Assembly: GCA_043719805.1 (NCBI GenBank)
Contig: JAYSTI010000055.1
Location: 68,760 to 121,222, forward strand
DNA length: 52,463 nt
From: Candidatus Lloydbacteria bacterium
Lineage (GTDB): Bacteria; Patescibacteriota; Minisyncoccia; Phycocordibacterales; UBA6899
Direction: 5' to 3'
Both the position numbers and the translations under genes were made by a program. Shown here piece after piece: positions 1 to 8,826 of this stretch; position 1 is the stretch's first letter, and every line of letters starts with the position of its first letter. The notes below the pieces were generated by a model, which did not search any database, was not told where the DNA came from, and saw only the letters and a program-made list of their open reading frames with translations.

Positions 1-1402
1 CGCCTTCCTCGATGAAGACCAGGGCCTCTTTGTCGAACGAGGGCGTGATGCTCACATCGAACCCGCCATAGCCGTAAAGCTCAGTAGGATTCGCACCGTT
101 TTGCACGAGGTCTTTCTTGTGAAGCAGAAACATCGGGATACGCGTACCGTCCTTTGACCGATACCACTGTTGAGAAACGACGAAGTCCTCCGCGCGAATG
201 CCTGCCTTCACTTTGCGGTGCAATGTGAGTGCGCCGGTGGAAAGTCGGTACCGATACACGGTGGGGGGCAAGAAGAATGACTCGAGCCCGAGATAAAGCA
301 CATCGGACTCTGCTTCTGCCGTCCATGCACCGAGCGTGCCGATGACCGGGAGTGCTATCTCCGTCTTTCCGCCCCCCAACACATCGTAGCGGTAGAGGTG
401 CGAAGAAACATTTTCCTGCACCTCGACAAACAATGCGTCACGCACCAATTGCGAAGATGTAATGGGAAATTCCCCGTCGGGAATCACGCACTTCCAATGC
501 TCACAGCCCCAACCCGGACCGGAGAGGTCACAGGAAAGGATCTTCCAGTTCGGTGCATCGTGATTCGTCGTGAGATACAACATGCCACGATGAATATCCG
601 CGCCGAATTGCGCCTCGATACCTTCGGTGAGGGAGACAAAACAAAGCGGAGACTGCGCGGTGTCCGCGACAAAAACCTCGCTTATTTCTTTTTCGGCGTG
701 CCAGCGATACACAGAGAGAAGGAGCCAACGACCGTCATGGGAAAGTCCGATGCCGGGAATGTCTTCCTTGCTATTGAGTGCATCCCAGACGACAGCATCC
801 TCTTCCCAGTTGCCGCCGAGATGATGGAAGTACACATGCTGGTGGTACTTTTTTTCTTCCTCGGACACCGCAACACCGCTTCGTGTGTACCAGAAGCCGG
901 TTCCGTCTTTGTTCCAATTCTGAAAACTCGGATAGCAATTGTCGGGAACGCACTCTTCGGTGGTGACGCCCGTTGCGACATCCATGACATGGATACTCGT
1001 GCGGTCGTTACCCGCCTTCGATAACTCATATCCAAGAAGTTTTCCGTCATCCGAGACTGACCATCCCGCAATCGTCGTGGTCCTATCCTTGGACATCACA
1101 TGAGGGTCGAGCAGAACGCGCGGTCGACTCTTCGAATTATTTTTCACGTACAACACGGAAAGGTCCTGTCCCTTTTTCCGTTCGAAGTAAAACTCCATAC
1201 GCCCGCGCATGAGGGAAACACCGATGCTCCCCGTATCATAGAGCGACTGCAGACGCTTTGCGATGCGCGCCCTGTTCGGATACGCCGCAAGTATCGGCAC
1301 ACTGTGCGCCGCCTCACGGGAGACCCATTCTTCAACGCGAGGACCACCCCTCTCGAGCCAACGATGGGGATCGGAACAGCCAACCAACTTTGCTGTATGC
1401 AC
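1..1402 (-). CDS. Prolyl oligopeptidase (peptidase S9A), N-terminal ~467 codons; 3' end runs off the left window edge
   Basis: Absent from the supplied ORF track because no stop lies inside the window. Hand translation of the minus strand is open from GTG at 1402 (AAGGAG 6 nt upstream) down to position 1. It reads MHTAKLVGCSDPHRWLE...WSVSDDGKLLGYELSKAGNDRTSIHVMDV...YRSKDGTRIPMFLLHKKDL...ELYGYGGFDVSITPSF. These match the DPxRWLE opening, the propeller region and the start of the catalytic domain of S9A enzymes. Confidence 0.85.
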   Translation of the reverse strand, partial: MHTAKLVGCSDPHRWLERGGPRVEEWVSREAAHSVPILAAYPNRARIAKRLQSLYDTGSIGVSLMRGRMEFYFERKKGQDLSVLYVKNNSKSRPRVLLDPHVMSKDRTTTIAGWSVSDDGKLLGYELSKAGNDRTSIHVMDVATGVTTEECVPDNCYPSFQNWNKDGTGFWYTRSGVAVSEEEKKYHQHVYFHHLGGNWEEDAVVWDALNSKEDIPGIGLSHDGRWLLLSVYRWHAEKEISEVFVADTAQSPLCFVSLTEGIEAQFGADIHRGMLYLTTNHDAPNWKILSCDLSGPGWGCEHWKCVIPDGEFPITSSQLVRDALFVEVQENVSSHLYRYDVLGGGKTEIALPVIGTLGAWTAEAESDVLYLGLESFFLPPTVYRYRLSTGALTLHRKVKAGIRAEDFVVSQQWYRSKDGTRIPMFLLHKKDLVQNGANPTELYGYGGFDVSITPSFDKEALVFIEEG

Positions 1403-1542
1403 GGCATACTCCTTTTGAGTGATTTCAACGAAATGCTCTCATCTCGTTCTATCAGTGGAGGCCACTTTGTCAATTAAGACTGCCGCCAATAGAACGTGGG
1501 AATATCCGCCATTGCAAACTCGTATTTACGTAACGTGCAAAA

Positions 1543-1572
1543 ACAAAAAAAACGCCTTGCGGTGCGTTTTTT
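1543..1572 (-). terminator. Putative intrinsic terminator after the 137-aa gene
   Basis: The sequence aaaaaaaacgccttgcggtgcgtttttt has a short GC stem (aacgc/gcgtt) flanked by an A-run and a T-run. The stem is only about 5 bp. Confidence 0.4.
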
Positions 1573-1595
1573 GTTTTGCTACTCCTAAGCTGAGG

Positions 1596-2009
1596 CTACT
1601 TTGGTGCGACTGCGGGTGCGACAACCGGTGCCGCTGCACTTGTTGTGACTGTAACGGTCGGAGTTTCGACGATACGATACATCATATTACGTTCGAAATT
1701 CCGGTATCCATCCTGTCCCATCATCCCACGACCCTCACGACCCTCACGACCATATTGGTCATAGTCCCCGTATTGCTGCTCATGACTCTGATATCCTCCG
1801 CGCATGTGATGGCGATACTCACCATTTGCACCGAAACAGTATCCGACAGCAAACACAACGGCCAAAACAACAACAATCACAAGGCATTTCACAATGCAAC
1901 AATGTCGCGAACAAAGCTGATGCATGTGCTCATGCATACTTGCGCACGTGCTACCTGCCGAGCGGCACGTCCCACTTCCCGACGCTTCTGCTACTTGTTT
2001 TTCTTCCAT
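1596..2009 (-). CDS. Hypothetical single-pass membrane protein with a Cys/His-rich N-terminus
   Basis: ATG ORF of 137 aa. The N-terminus has CxxxxxxC, HEHMH and CSRHCC, followed by a hydrophobic helix (LVIVVVLAVVFAVGY) and a low-complexity Gly/Tyr/Arg tail. I recognise no family. Confidence 0.5.
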   Translation of the reverse strand: MEEKQVAEASGSGTCRSAGSTCASMHEHMHQLCSRHCCIVKCLVIVVVLAVVFAVGYCFGANGEYRHHMRGGYQSHEQQYGDYDQYGREGREGRGMMGQDGYRNFERNMMYRIVETPTVTVTTSAAAPVVAPAVAPK

Positions 2010-2065
2010 GTTTGAAAGTTAATTTTAATGATTAACGGTTACTCTATTATACGCGCCTCCGAGCA

Positions 2066-2629
2066 CTATGGGTGCGCCTGCTTGTTTTTTCTATATTTAG
2101 AGACATTTTTTCGAAATACCACTGCATACAACTTCTGCAGTCCGATTGTGCCCGATACCCGCCACGCGAGAAGGAGTGGAACGCCAAGGAGTATCATTAC
2201 GGGATTGATGCCTGTCGTTCCGGACAAAAGAAAATTAAAATTCATGAGAACTCCGCCCGCCGATGCAAAGGCAGTCAGTACCCCGAAGAGTAGGCCGAGC
2301 CCGACCGCAATCTCTCCGAAGGTAATGAGGAGCGACCAAACTGCTGGATACGGGGCAACGCAGTTCGCAAGAAACCACGCATACCATGCAGTAACGTCCG
2401 GATGCGCCCCTCCTGTTTTTTGGAGTGCTCCGGCAACAAACCCCGCAATGCCCTTCCCTGCGTCGGGTCCGACCCAGACCGGATTCATGAACTTAGCATA
2501 CCCCGCACCAAGCCATATGCTTGCCAGATATAGTCGAACAACAAACCAAATAACTGAGCTCTTTTTGTTAGTAAAGAGAAACTGCTCTACCCCCGCCATG
2601 CGTCGTGCGATGTTGTCCATAATAGCCAT
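2066..2629 (-). CDS. DoxX-family membrane protein
   Basis: 187 aa with four predicted TM helices. The layout (RLYLASIWLGAGYAKF ... ITFGEIAVGLGLLFG) resembles DoxX/DoxD-like proteins from memory. Confidence 0.7.
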   Translation of the reverse strand: MAIMDNIARRMAGVEQFLFTNKKSSVIWFVVRLYLASIWLGAGYAKFMNPVWVGPDAGKGIAGFVAGALQKTGGAHPDVTAWYAWFLANCVAPYPAVWSLLITFGEIAVGLGLLFGVLTAFASAGGVLMNFNFLLSGTTGINPVMILLGVPLLLAWRVSGTIGLQKLYAVVFRKNVSKYRKNKQAHP

Positions 2630-2826
2630 TAGTATAACGTCTTTTAAAAATCATTGGTAGAAGACCCGATGGAAAAAGCGTGCGTGTACTACCCGACAAA
2701 ACCGGGAGGCGGAAATACCCCGGGATAATGCGCCCGCAGGTACATGAGCAGCAAAATGAATGGTATTGAAACAAGAATGGGAACGAAAAAACCGCACAAG
2801 TACCGCACAATGCGGGGCAAATGCTT

Positions 2827-3372
2827 TTACCCTTCTCCGCGGAAGCTCACCACGGAGGGCGCAATAATAAGTGCGTACGTAAACATCGTCGGAAGGATGA
2901 GCAGTATGCCCGCAATGGGGAAGCTCAGCACGTGCATATATATTTTTTCTGAAAACAGCCCAAAAAGTCCTGCGAGGATGAATATCTCCCGCTCACCATA
3001 GAGATAGCGCCGGAGGAGGACATACCAGCCAATGACGAACCCGGGAAGGGCGAGGAGGTTGAATGCGTAAAATTGGAGGATTCCGACGATCATCTTCGCA
3101 GGGCTCGGAAATTCCGCAAGGTGCATTGAGAACCCAGCGAATGTCTCCTCAAGAATGATCATCCCCAACCCAATGAGGAGAAATTTTGGAAAATGCGAAA
3201 TATTCCACGACGCCAATCGCGACTCGATCGCCGTACGATGCTTCATAAAGTACACACCGACTCCCCCGAGCCATATCACGTAATAGAAAGAAATAAAAGA
3301 GCGGTTCGCAAGAAAAATTACGTTCAACAGAACGACGGAGATGGCCAGCAATATCAGAACGTTCTTATGCAT
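2827..3372 (-). CDS. Hypothetical polytopic membrane protein
   Basis: 181-aa ATG ORF with several hydrophobic helices and no recognised motif. Confidence 0.55.
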   Translation of the reverse strand: MHKNVLILLAISVVLLNVIFLANRSFISFYYVIWLGGVGVYFMKHRTAIESRLASWNISHFPKFLLIGLGMIILEETFAGFSMHLAEFPSPAKMIVGILQFYAFNLLALPGFVIGWYVLLRRYLYGEREIFILAGLFGLFSEKIYMHVLSFPIAGILLILPTMFTYALIIAPSVVSFRGEG

Positions 3373-3402
3373 TGTTCTATTGTAATACAGCGGATTAAAA
3401 TA

Positions 3403-3975
3403 CTATATTTTGAGCAGTTGGTCGTGAATATGCTTGAGGTCTTTTGCAAGCGGACTCTCGGGCCAGCGAGCAAGCAAACACTTTGTCACCTCGAGATAGT
3501 TCGCGACGGTCCGCTCCTTTGAGGCGTGGAAGCGTGCGAAGGTATCATCACCTTCTCTTCGATGGTCATCGATTATCTCTGAGACATTCGAGATGGTATC
3601 TGCAGACTTCACAAGCAATGAGCCGTGCGAAAAGTGCGCGATGTGTTCCAGTGCCTCCTTCTTGCTCACCTCCCAGGCCCTCGTCTGGTCTTCTTCCGTC
3701 ACGCTCAAAACGAGCTCTGCAACGGGAGCGCCAAATCGCAGGGCTATCATTTCTTTCGATACTTTCTTTTCGGGGGAACTGTCTTCAATCGTGTCATGCA
3801 ATATTCCTGCGATAACGACGTCTTCCGTTGCGCCTGCGTGCGCCAAAATCAGTCCAACTGTGAGCGGGTGGGTAATATAGGGAATATCTTTTCCTTTGCG
3901 CTTTTGTTTTCGATACACCTCATGGGTTTTTATTGAAAACTTGATCGCATCCTTCAGTTTCTGTGTGTATATCAT
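3403..3975 (-). CDS. HD-domain protein, RelA/SpoT-type (p)ppGpp hydrolase-like (small alarmone hydrolase)
   Basis: YITHPLTVGLILA...AGILHDTIED matches the HD ... HDxxED pattern of the SpoT hydrolase domain. I prefer the ATG at 3975 (MIYTQKL) over the upstream GTG at 3999. Confidence 0.8.
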   Translation of the reverse strand: MIYTQKLKDAIKFSIKTHEVYRKQKRKGKDIPYITHPLTVGLILAHAGATEDVVIAGILHDTIEDSSPEKKVSKEMIALRFGAPVAELVLSVTEEDQTRAWEVSKKEALEHIAHFSHGSLLVKSADTISNVSEIIDDHRREGDDTFARFHASKERTVANYLEVTKCLLARWPESPLAKDLKHIHDQLLKI

Positions 3976-4050
3976 GCTCGTCCGTCGAACATAACACACT
4001 AATCACCGCACAGCTAGGAGCAGTTCAAAAAAACGGTGTAAAATAATCCG

Positions 4051-4326
4051 ATGGAACAGAGTGCTACGATCACAAAAACGAAGCCGATTGCAGCGCCAGC
4101 ACTTAGTGCGGAAGAACGTGTACATGCGGTCATCGGGCGCGTGCGACCATACATCCAATCTCATGGTGGTGACGTGTGGGTTTCCGGAATCGTGGGCGCA
4201 ATACTCACGCTTAAGATAGAAGGAAGTTGTGCACAATGCCCTCTCGCCTCTTTGACGTATAATAAGATAGTAAAAACACTCCTCAATGAAGAGGTGCCGG
4301 AAATCACGGAAATTGTGCTCACCTAA
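4051..4326 (+). CDS. NifU-like (Nfu C-terminal domain) Fe-S assembly protein
   Basis: 91 aa with IRPYIQSHGGDV...L.GSCAQCPLASLT, which carries the CxxC of the NifU C-terminal domain. Confidence 0.8.
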   Translation: MEQSATITKTKPIAAPALSAEERVHAVIGRVRPYIQSHGGDVWVSGIVGAILTLKIEGSCAQCPLASLTYNKIVKTLLNEEVPEITEIVLT

Positions 4327-4361
4327 AATTATTTATTTATTATTTACTAATTCAAAAGCAT

Positions 4362-4622
4362 ATGTCCGAAACACGAGAATATCCACGCACAAAGGAGGGA
4401 TCAAATATCGGCAAGATTGTCATCGACCGCGACCTCTGCATCTCCGCGATATCATGCATCGCCGTTTCCGAAGCAACATTCCAACTCGACGACGAGAGCA
4501 AGGTCGTTGCCATTGATCCAAATGCTGCCGATGATGCGACCCTCACTGCCGCAGCAGAATCATGCCCGACAAAAGCAATCATTCTTTTTGATACAGCCGG
4601 AAAGCAAATCTTTCCTCTCTAA
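4362..4622 (+). CDS. Small single-cluster ferredoxin with three Cys
   Basis: 86 aa. IDRDLCISAISC...AAESCPTKAI aligns to the CxxXxxC...CP pattern of monocluster ferredoxins. Only C26, C32 and C68 are present. Confidence 0.7.
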   Translation: MSETREYPRTKEGSNIGKIVIDRDLCISAISCIAVSEATFQLDDESKVVAIDPNAADDATLTAAAESCPTKAIILFDTAGKQIFPL

Positions 4623-4631
4623 CTTACGCAT

Positions 4632-5873
4632 ATGCAGAGCGTCACCTATCTCATTATCGGAGGAGGCATCGCGGGCACGACTGCGGCAGAAACACTCAGG
4701 AAGCGGGATGCCAACGCCTCCATCACCATCATCACTGATGAACCACATCGCCTTTATTCACGCGTGCTTCTTTCGAAGCCGGCATTTTTGACCGGCACGC
4801 AGGATTTCGAATCTGTCTGGATGAAAAAAAAGGAATGGTATATCGCGAACAACATCACACTTCTGACTGGTCGGAGTGCGGCAAAACTTGATGCGGGAAA
4901 TAAAATACTCACCCTATGGGACGGCGAAACATTTCACTATGAGAAACTCCTGATTGCTACCGGAACGCACAATCGCATGTGGACAATTCCCGGAGCAGAC
5001 AAAAACAGCGTGCACTACTTACGCACACTCGACCACGCCAAGGCAATCATTGAGGACCTTCGTGTGGGTAAAAAACACGCCGTGATGGTCGGAAGTGCCT
5101 GCGTCACCTATGAGGTTGCGGATATTCTTCACTCCAAGGGCATCGCCATTACCGAGGTCATGCGCGAGCATTACTTCTGGCAACCGGCACTTTCTGAAGC
5201 AGAGTCAAGTATCGTCGAAGGGCGACTTACGGAGGGGGGCGTCACGCTCATCCGCGACATGGAGATAGTAGAAGTCTTGGGCGATACTGAAGTCACAGGC
5301 GTTGTTCTCAAAGACGGGCGTCGTCTCGATTGCGACATGGTATTTGCGTTCATCGGCGTTGATGTTCCCGTCGACTGGCTCACCTCCTCAGGGATAAAGC
5401 TTGAACGCGGCGTCCTCGCAAATGAATACCTCGAAACCTCACTCCACGATGTCTGGACGGCAGGCGACGTCGCACGATTCAAAGACGTCATGCTCGATGA
5501 TGTCGTCATGATGGGCAACTGGATGAATGCGACAAAGCAAGGAGAAACGGCAGCATGCAACATGCTTGGAGATAGAAAATGCTATCAACTCGTATCTTTT
5601 CACTCGAGCCACGGCTTTGGCGACATGATCTCCTTCGCCGGTGACGGCCGTGCACTGCCTGACCGCGAATACATCATGCGAGGAAATATTGCCGACCGCA
5701 AACTCGGACGACTTATCTTGCGTGGCAACCACGTTGTCGGAGCAACAATGATCAATCGCACGCAAGAACTCGCCACCATCGTAAAACTCATCACCGCACG
5801 CATCGACGTTTCAAACAAAAAGACCGAACTCGCCGACGCGAACTTCGATCTCAAAACGCTGTTGCCGCTCTAG
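4632..5873 (+). CDS. FAD-dependent pyridine nucleotide-disulfide family oxidoreductase (ferredoxin/rubredoxin-reductase-like)
   Basis: The N-terminal IIGGGIAGTTAAE is a dinucleotide fold, LLIATG and TAGDVA motifs are present, and there is a C-terminal reductase-type domain. The second Rossmann motif is degenerate (see findings). Confidence 0.8.
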   Translation: MQSVTYLIIGGGIAGTTAAETLRKRDANASITIITDEPHRLYSRVLLSKPAFLTGTQDFESVWMKKKEWYIANNITLLTGRSAAKLDAGNKILTLWDGETFHYEKLLIATGTHNRMWTIPGADKNSVHYLRTLDHAKAIIEDLRVGKKHAVMVGSACVTYEVADILHSKGIAITEVMREHYFWQPALSEAESSIVEGRLTEGGVTLIRDMEIVEVLGDTEVTGVVLKDGRRLDCDMVFAFIGVDVPVDWLTSSGIKLERGVLANEYLETSLHDVWTAGDVARFKDVMLDDVVMMGNWMNATKQGETAACNMLGDRKCYQLVSFHSSHGFGDMISFAGDGRALPDREYIMRGNIADRKLGRLILRGNHVVGATMINRTQELATIVKLITARIDVSNKKTELADANFDLKTLLPL

Positions 5874-5883
5874 CCGCAGGGTT

Positions 5884-7917
5884 TTATTTTGCCGACATAA
5901 ACCGAGCATCTACAATATGTGCTTGGTTTTTTGTTGCAATGACGGGATTGAGGTCAATTTCAGTGATTTGCGGATTTTCGGAGGCGAGGCGGCCCATCAT
6001 GACAAGTAATTGTGCGAGCGCCTCCTTATCGATAGGCTCAGAACCGCGGAATCCTTCGAGATATTTCACGCCTGCGATTTCATCAATCATCAAACGTGCC
6101 TCATCGATAGCGAAGGGCGCAATGCGCATCGACACGTCACTCAAAAGTTCCACAAAAATTCCGCCAAGGCCAAAGACGATGACCGGCCCAAATGTTGCAT
6201 CACGTTTCATTCCGATAATAACCTCCTTCCCTTTTACCATTGGCTGAAGGAGCATTCCCTCAATTGAGGCGCCCGGCGATACTGCCATAACTCCTTTTTC
6301 AATGTCATCCCACGTGCGCAGAACATCGGCGCCACCTACATTGAGTCGCACTGCTTGTGCTTCGGTCTTGTGCACGACATTTCGCGAAACCACCTTCATT
6401 GCCACTTTTTCAACACAGAGTTCAGAGAATATTTCCCTCGCATCATCTTTTGTGTGTGCGAGTGAGCCGAAAATTGCGAGGTCATATTTTGCCAGTAGCG
6501 CCGACGAGGCCTCATGGGAAAGCATGGTTGCCGTTGAAGCAGTGTGAATTTTTGCAGGGAGTGGAATTTTTTTCTTTGGCGTGAGCGCATCGAGCACGAA
6601 GACAGCGTCTGAGGGTAAGTCAAAATTCACCATTCCATTTGCGAGGAGCACATCAATACCCGCGCGCATGACCTCTCCCCCCATGAAGACGGGAATGATG
6701 GGTTTTATGTTTTTATATGCAACGATTGCCTCGGCGATAGCCTTTGCATCGGTCATCATCTGCGGAGTTACAATCACGATAATTGCATCAACATCTTTTT
6801 TTTGTGCAACAATATCGAGCGCCGACTTGTATCGGTCCGCACCTGCATCGCCGATGACGTCGACAGGATTTCCCACTGCCGCCATAAATGGAAGCACCAA
6901 GCGTAACGCGTTTTTCGTCGCATCGTCAAATTGTACGAGCTCCATTGACTCGGAAAGCTCGACAAGGTCTGCGGCATTCACTGACGGACCGCCGCCGTTT
7001 GTGACGATGGCAATACGAGTCTTGTCTCCCCAATTCGTACCTAGTGTCAAAATTTTTGCGGCGTTAAAAAGATCCCGGAGATTTGTCATCGTCGCAATTC
7101 CCGCCTGATGACATGCGGCGGTAAATATCGCATCCTCAGGTGCAAGGGAACCGGTATGGCTCATGACTGCGGCACTTCCCCGTGCGGAGCGACCTGAACG
7201 TAAGAGAATAATCGGTTTTTTCTTCTCTTTGACTACTTCTTTTGCCACGGAAAGAAATCGTGCGCCATCGGAGACGTGCTCCAAATAAACGAGAATAGCT
7301 TTTGTGTCAGGGTCATTCCCCATGCATTCCAGCATCGCGACTTCGGATACACCTGCCTCATTGCCGAGACTCACAAATTTTGAGATGCCGACACCCTCGG
7401 AGCGTGACCATTCGATGAACGCGGTGCCGATAGCTCCCGATTGTGAAACAAAACCAATTCCTCCGGGTAGTGGCTTGTGCAATGCGAATGAAGCATTCAG
7501 GTCCGCATTACCGTCGATAACACCAAGACAATTTGGACCAAGGAATGGGAGCCCTGACTCACGGCCGATTTCTGCAAGTTCTTCTTCAAGCAACTTCCCT
7601 TTTTCACCCGCCTCTTTGAAACCCGCAGAAATCACCACTGCCGCCTTGACTCCTTTTGCAATACAAGCACGAAGGGCTTCGGGTACGAGGTCCGAGCGGA
7701 TTGCAATAACCGCAAGGTCAGGAGTACCGGGAACCGCTTCGATAGAAGCAAATGCGGGAATACCAAGCACCACCTCGTAGTCAGGAGTAACAGGGTAAAG
7801 AGTGCGACTCCTTCCCGCAAGAAGGTTCTTCATGATTGCCGAGCCGACGTGCCCGTCTTCGGGGCGCGCCCCAACCACCATGACCGACTCGGGATGAAAG
7901 AATTTTTCAAGATTCAT
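5884..7917 (-). CDS. Acetyl-CoA synthetase (ADP-forming), fused alpha/beta (acetate--CoA ligase, ADP-forming)
   Basis: 677 aa. The N-terminus has a CoA-binding fold (VMVVGAR...) and LGPNCLG. SQSGA and a ligase-CoA domain follow, then a C-terminal ATP-grasp domain. Confidence 0.9.
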   Translation of the reverse strand: MNLEKFFHPESVMVVGARPEDGHVGSAIMKNLLAGRSRTLYPVTPDYEVVLGIPAFASIEAVPGTPDLAVIAIRSDLVPEALRACIAKGVKAAVVISAGFKEAGEKGKLLEEELAEIGRESGLPFLGPNCLGVIDGNADLNASFALHKPLPGGIGFVSQSGAIGTAFIEWSRSEGVGISKFVSLGNEAGVSEVAMLECMGNDPDTKAILVYLEHVSDGARFLSVAKEVVKEKKKPIILLRSGRSARGSAAVMSHTGSLAPEDAIFTAACHQAGIATMTNLRDLFNAAKILTLGTNWGDKTRIAIVTNGGGPSVNAADLVELSESMELVQFDDATKNALRLVLPFMAAVGNPVDVIGDAGADRYKSALDIVAQKKDVDAIIVIVTPQMMTDAKAIAEAIVAYKNIKPIIPVFMGGEVMRAGIDVLLANGMVNFDLPSDAVFVLDALTPKKKIPLPAKIHTASTATMLSHEASSALLAKYDLAIFGSLAHTKDDAREIFSELCVEKVAMKVVSRNVVHKTEAQAVRLNVGGADVLRTWDDIEKGVMAVSPGASIEGMLLQPMVKGKEVIIGMKRDATFGPVIVFGLGGIFVELLSDVSMRIAPFAIDEARLMIDEIAGVKYLEGFRGSEPIDKEALAQLLVMMGRLASENPQITEIDLNPVIATKNQAHIVDARFMSAK

Positions 7918-7927
7918 ATTATTTGTT

Positions 7928-8050
7928 AGGACTTATGTAAATGAATGAAATTCGAGGCACGGGGTGGCAATGTCCCAAAAGAATATTCTGATATTTTGAT
8001 GGGACTTGCGGGGCCCCGTAACGATGAAGTTCGTCATTTACAAAAGTCCT
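7928..8050. repeat. 17-bp inverted repeats (one mismatch) bracketing the OFOR-beta/ACD intergenic spacer
   Basis: aggacttatgtaaatga at 7928-7944 pairs with tcatttacaaaagtcct at 8034-8050. An internal cggggccccg palindrome lies between them. Confidence 0.6.
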
Positions 8051-8826
8051 TAGAGTTGCTGCTCAAATGTTGGCCTGTCTGCGCGATAGAAAATTCCCAT
8101 CGGGATTTTTCCGTCATCGCGTTTCGTCGCATGATACGCAGCATCAAGATTCGTCGTGTCATGATCCTCAGGAAGCCACACGATGTGCTCCTTGTAGAAA
8201 TCGCGTGTATCAAAAAATGTGATGCATGGCTGAGCGATATCGATGAATGACATGCCCTTGTGTGCGATTGCGGCTTTCATTATCTCCTTTGTCTTTTCAT
8301 ACTCTCCCGCATAAGCACGCGCGACAAATGTTGCCCCTGCGTTCATCATCATGCGTAGTGGGTCGATTGGCTCCTCAATAGAACCAGATGGTCGCGTGAG
8401 ACCTTTGAATCCTTTCGGCGAAGTCGCAGTTGCCTGCCCGGTCGTGAGGGCAAATATCTGATTGTCATGAATAAAGACATTGATATCGCTATTGCGTTGA
8501 GCTGCATGGATGAGATGTGACAACCCCTCTGAGTATGAGTCACCATCACCGGAGAACGCCACCACCGTAAGTGCGTCGTTCGCCGCCTTGATGCCCTCAA
8601 TCGCAGGAATTGCGCGACCATGAAGTGCGTTAAATGTATTCATGTTGAGATAGTCGAGAATCTTTGCATGGCAACCGATGCCGGCCGCTGCAACGATGTT
8701 TTCTTCTTTGAGTGCGCCCACCTCACAAAGCTCAGTCACCGCCTTTCGAAATGCGACAAGAATCTGGTTGTTTGGGCAACCAGGGCACCAAGAGATTTTC
8801 GTGGATGTTGCAAGTTGCGAGGTCAT
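8050..8826 (-). CDS. 2-oxoacid:ferredoxin oxidoreductase, beta (TPP-binding) subunit
   Basis: WCPGCPN near the N-terminus, a GDGD TPP motif (FSGDGDSYSEG) and GIGCH are present. The start overlaps the alpha-subunit stop as ATGA. Confidence 0.9.
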   Translation of the reverse strand: MTSQLATSTKISWCPGCPNNQILVAFRKAVTELCEVGALKEENIVAAAGIGCHAKILDYLNMNTFNALHGRAIPAIEGIKAANDALTVVAFSGDGDSYSEGLSHLIHAAQRNSDINVFIHDNQIFALTTGQATATSPKGFKGLTRPSGSIEEPIDPLRMMMNAGATFVARAYAGEYEKTKEIMKAAIAHKGMSFIDIAQPCITFFDTRDFYKEHIVWLPEDHDTTNLDAAYHATKRDDGKIPMGIFYRADRPTFEQQL

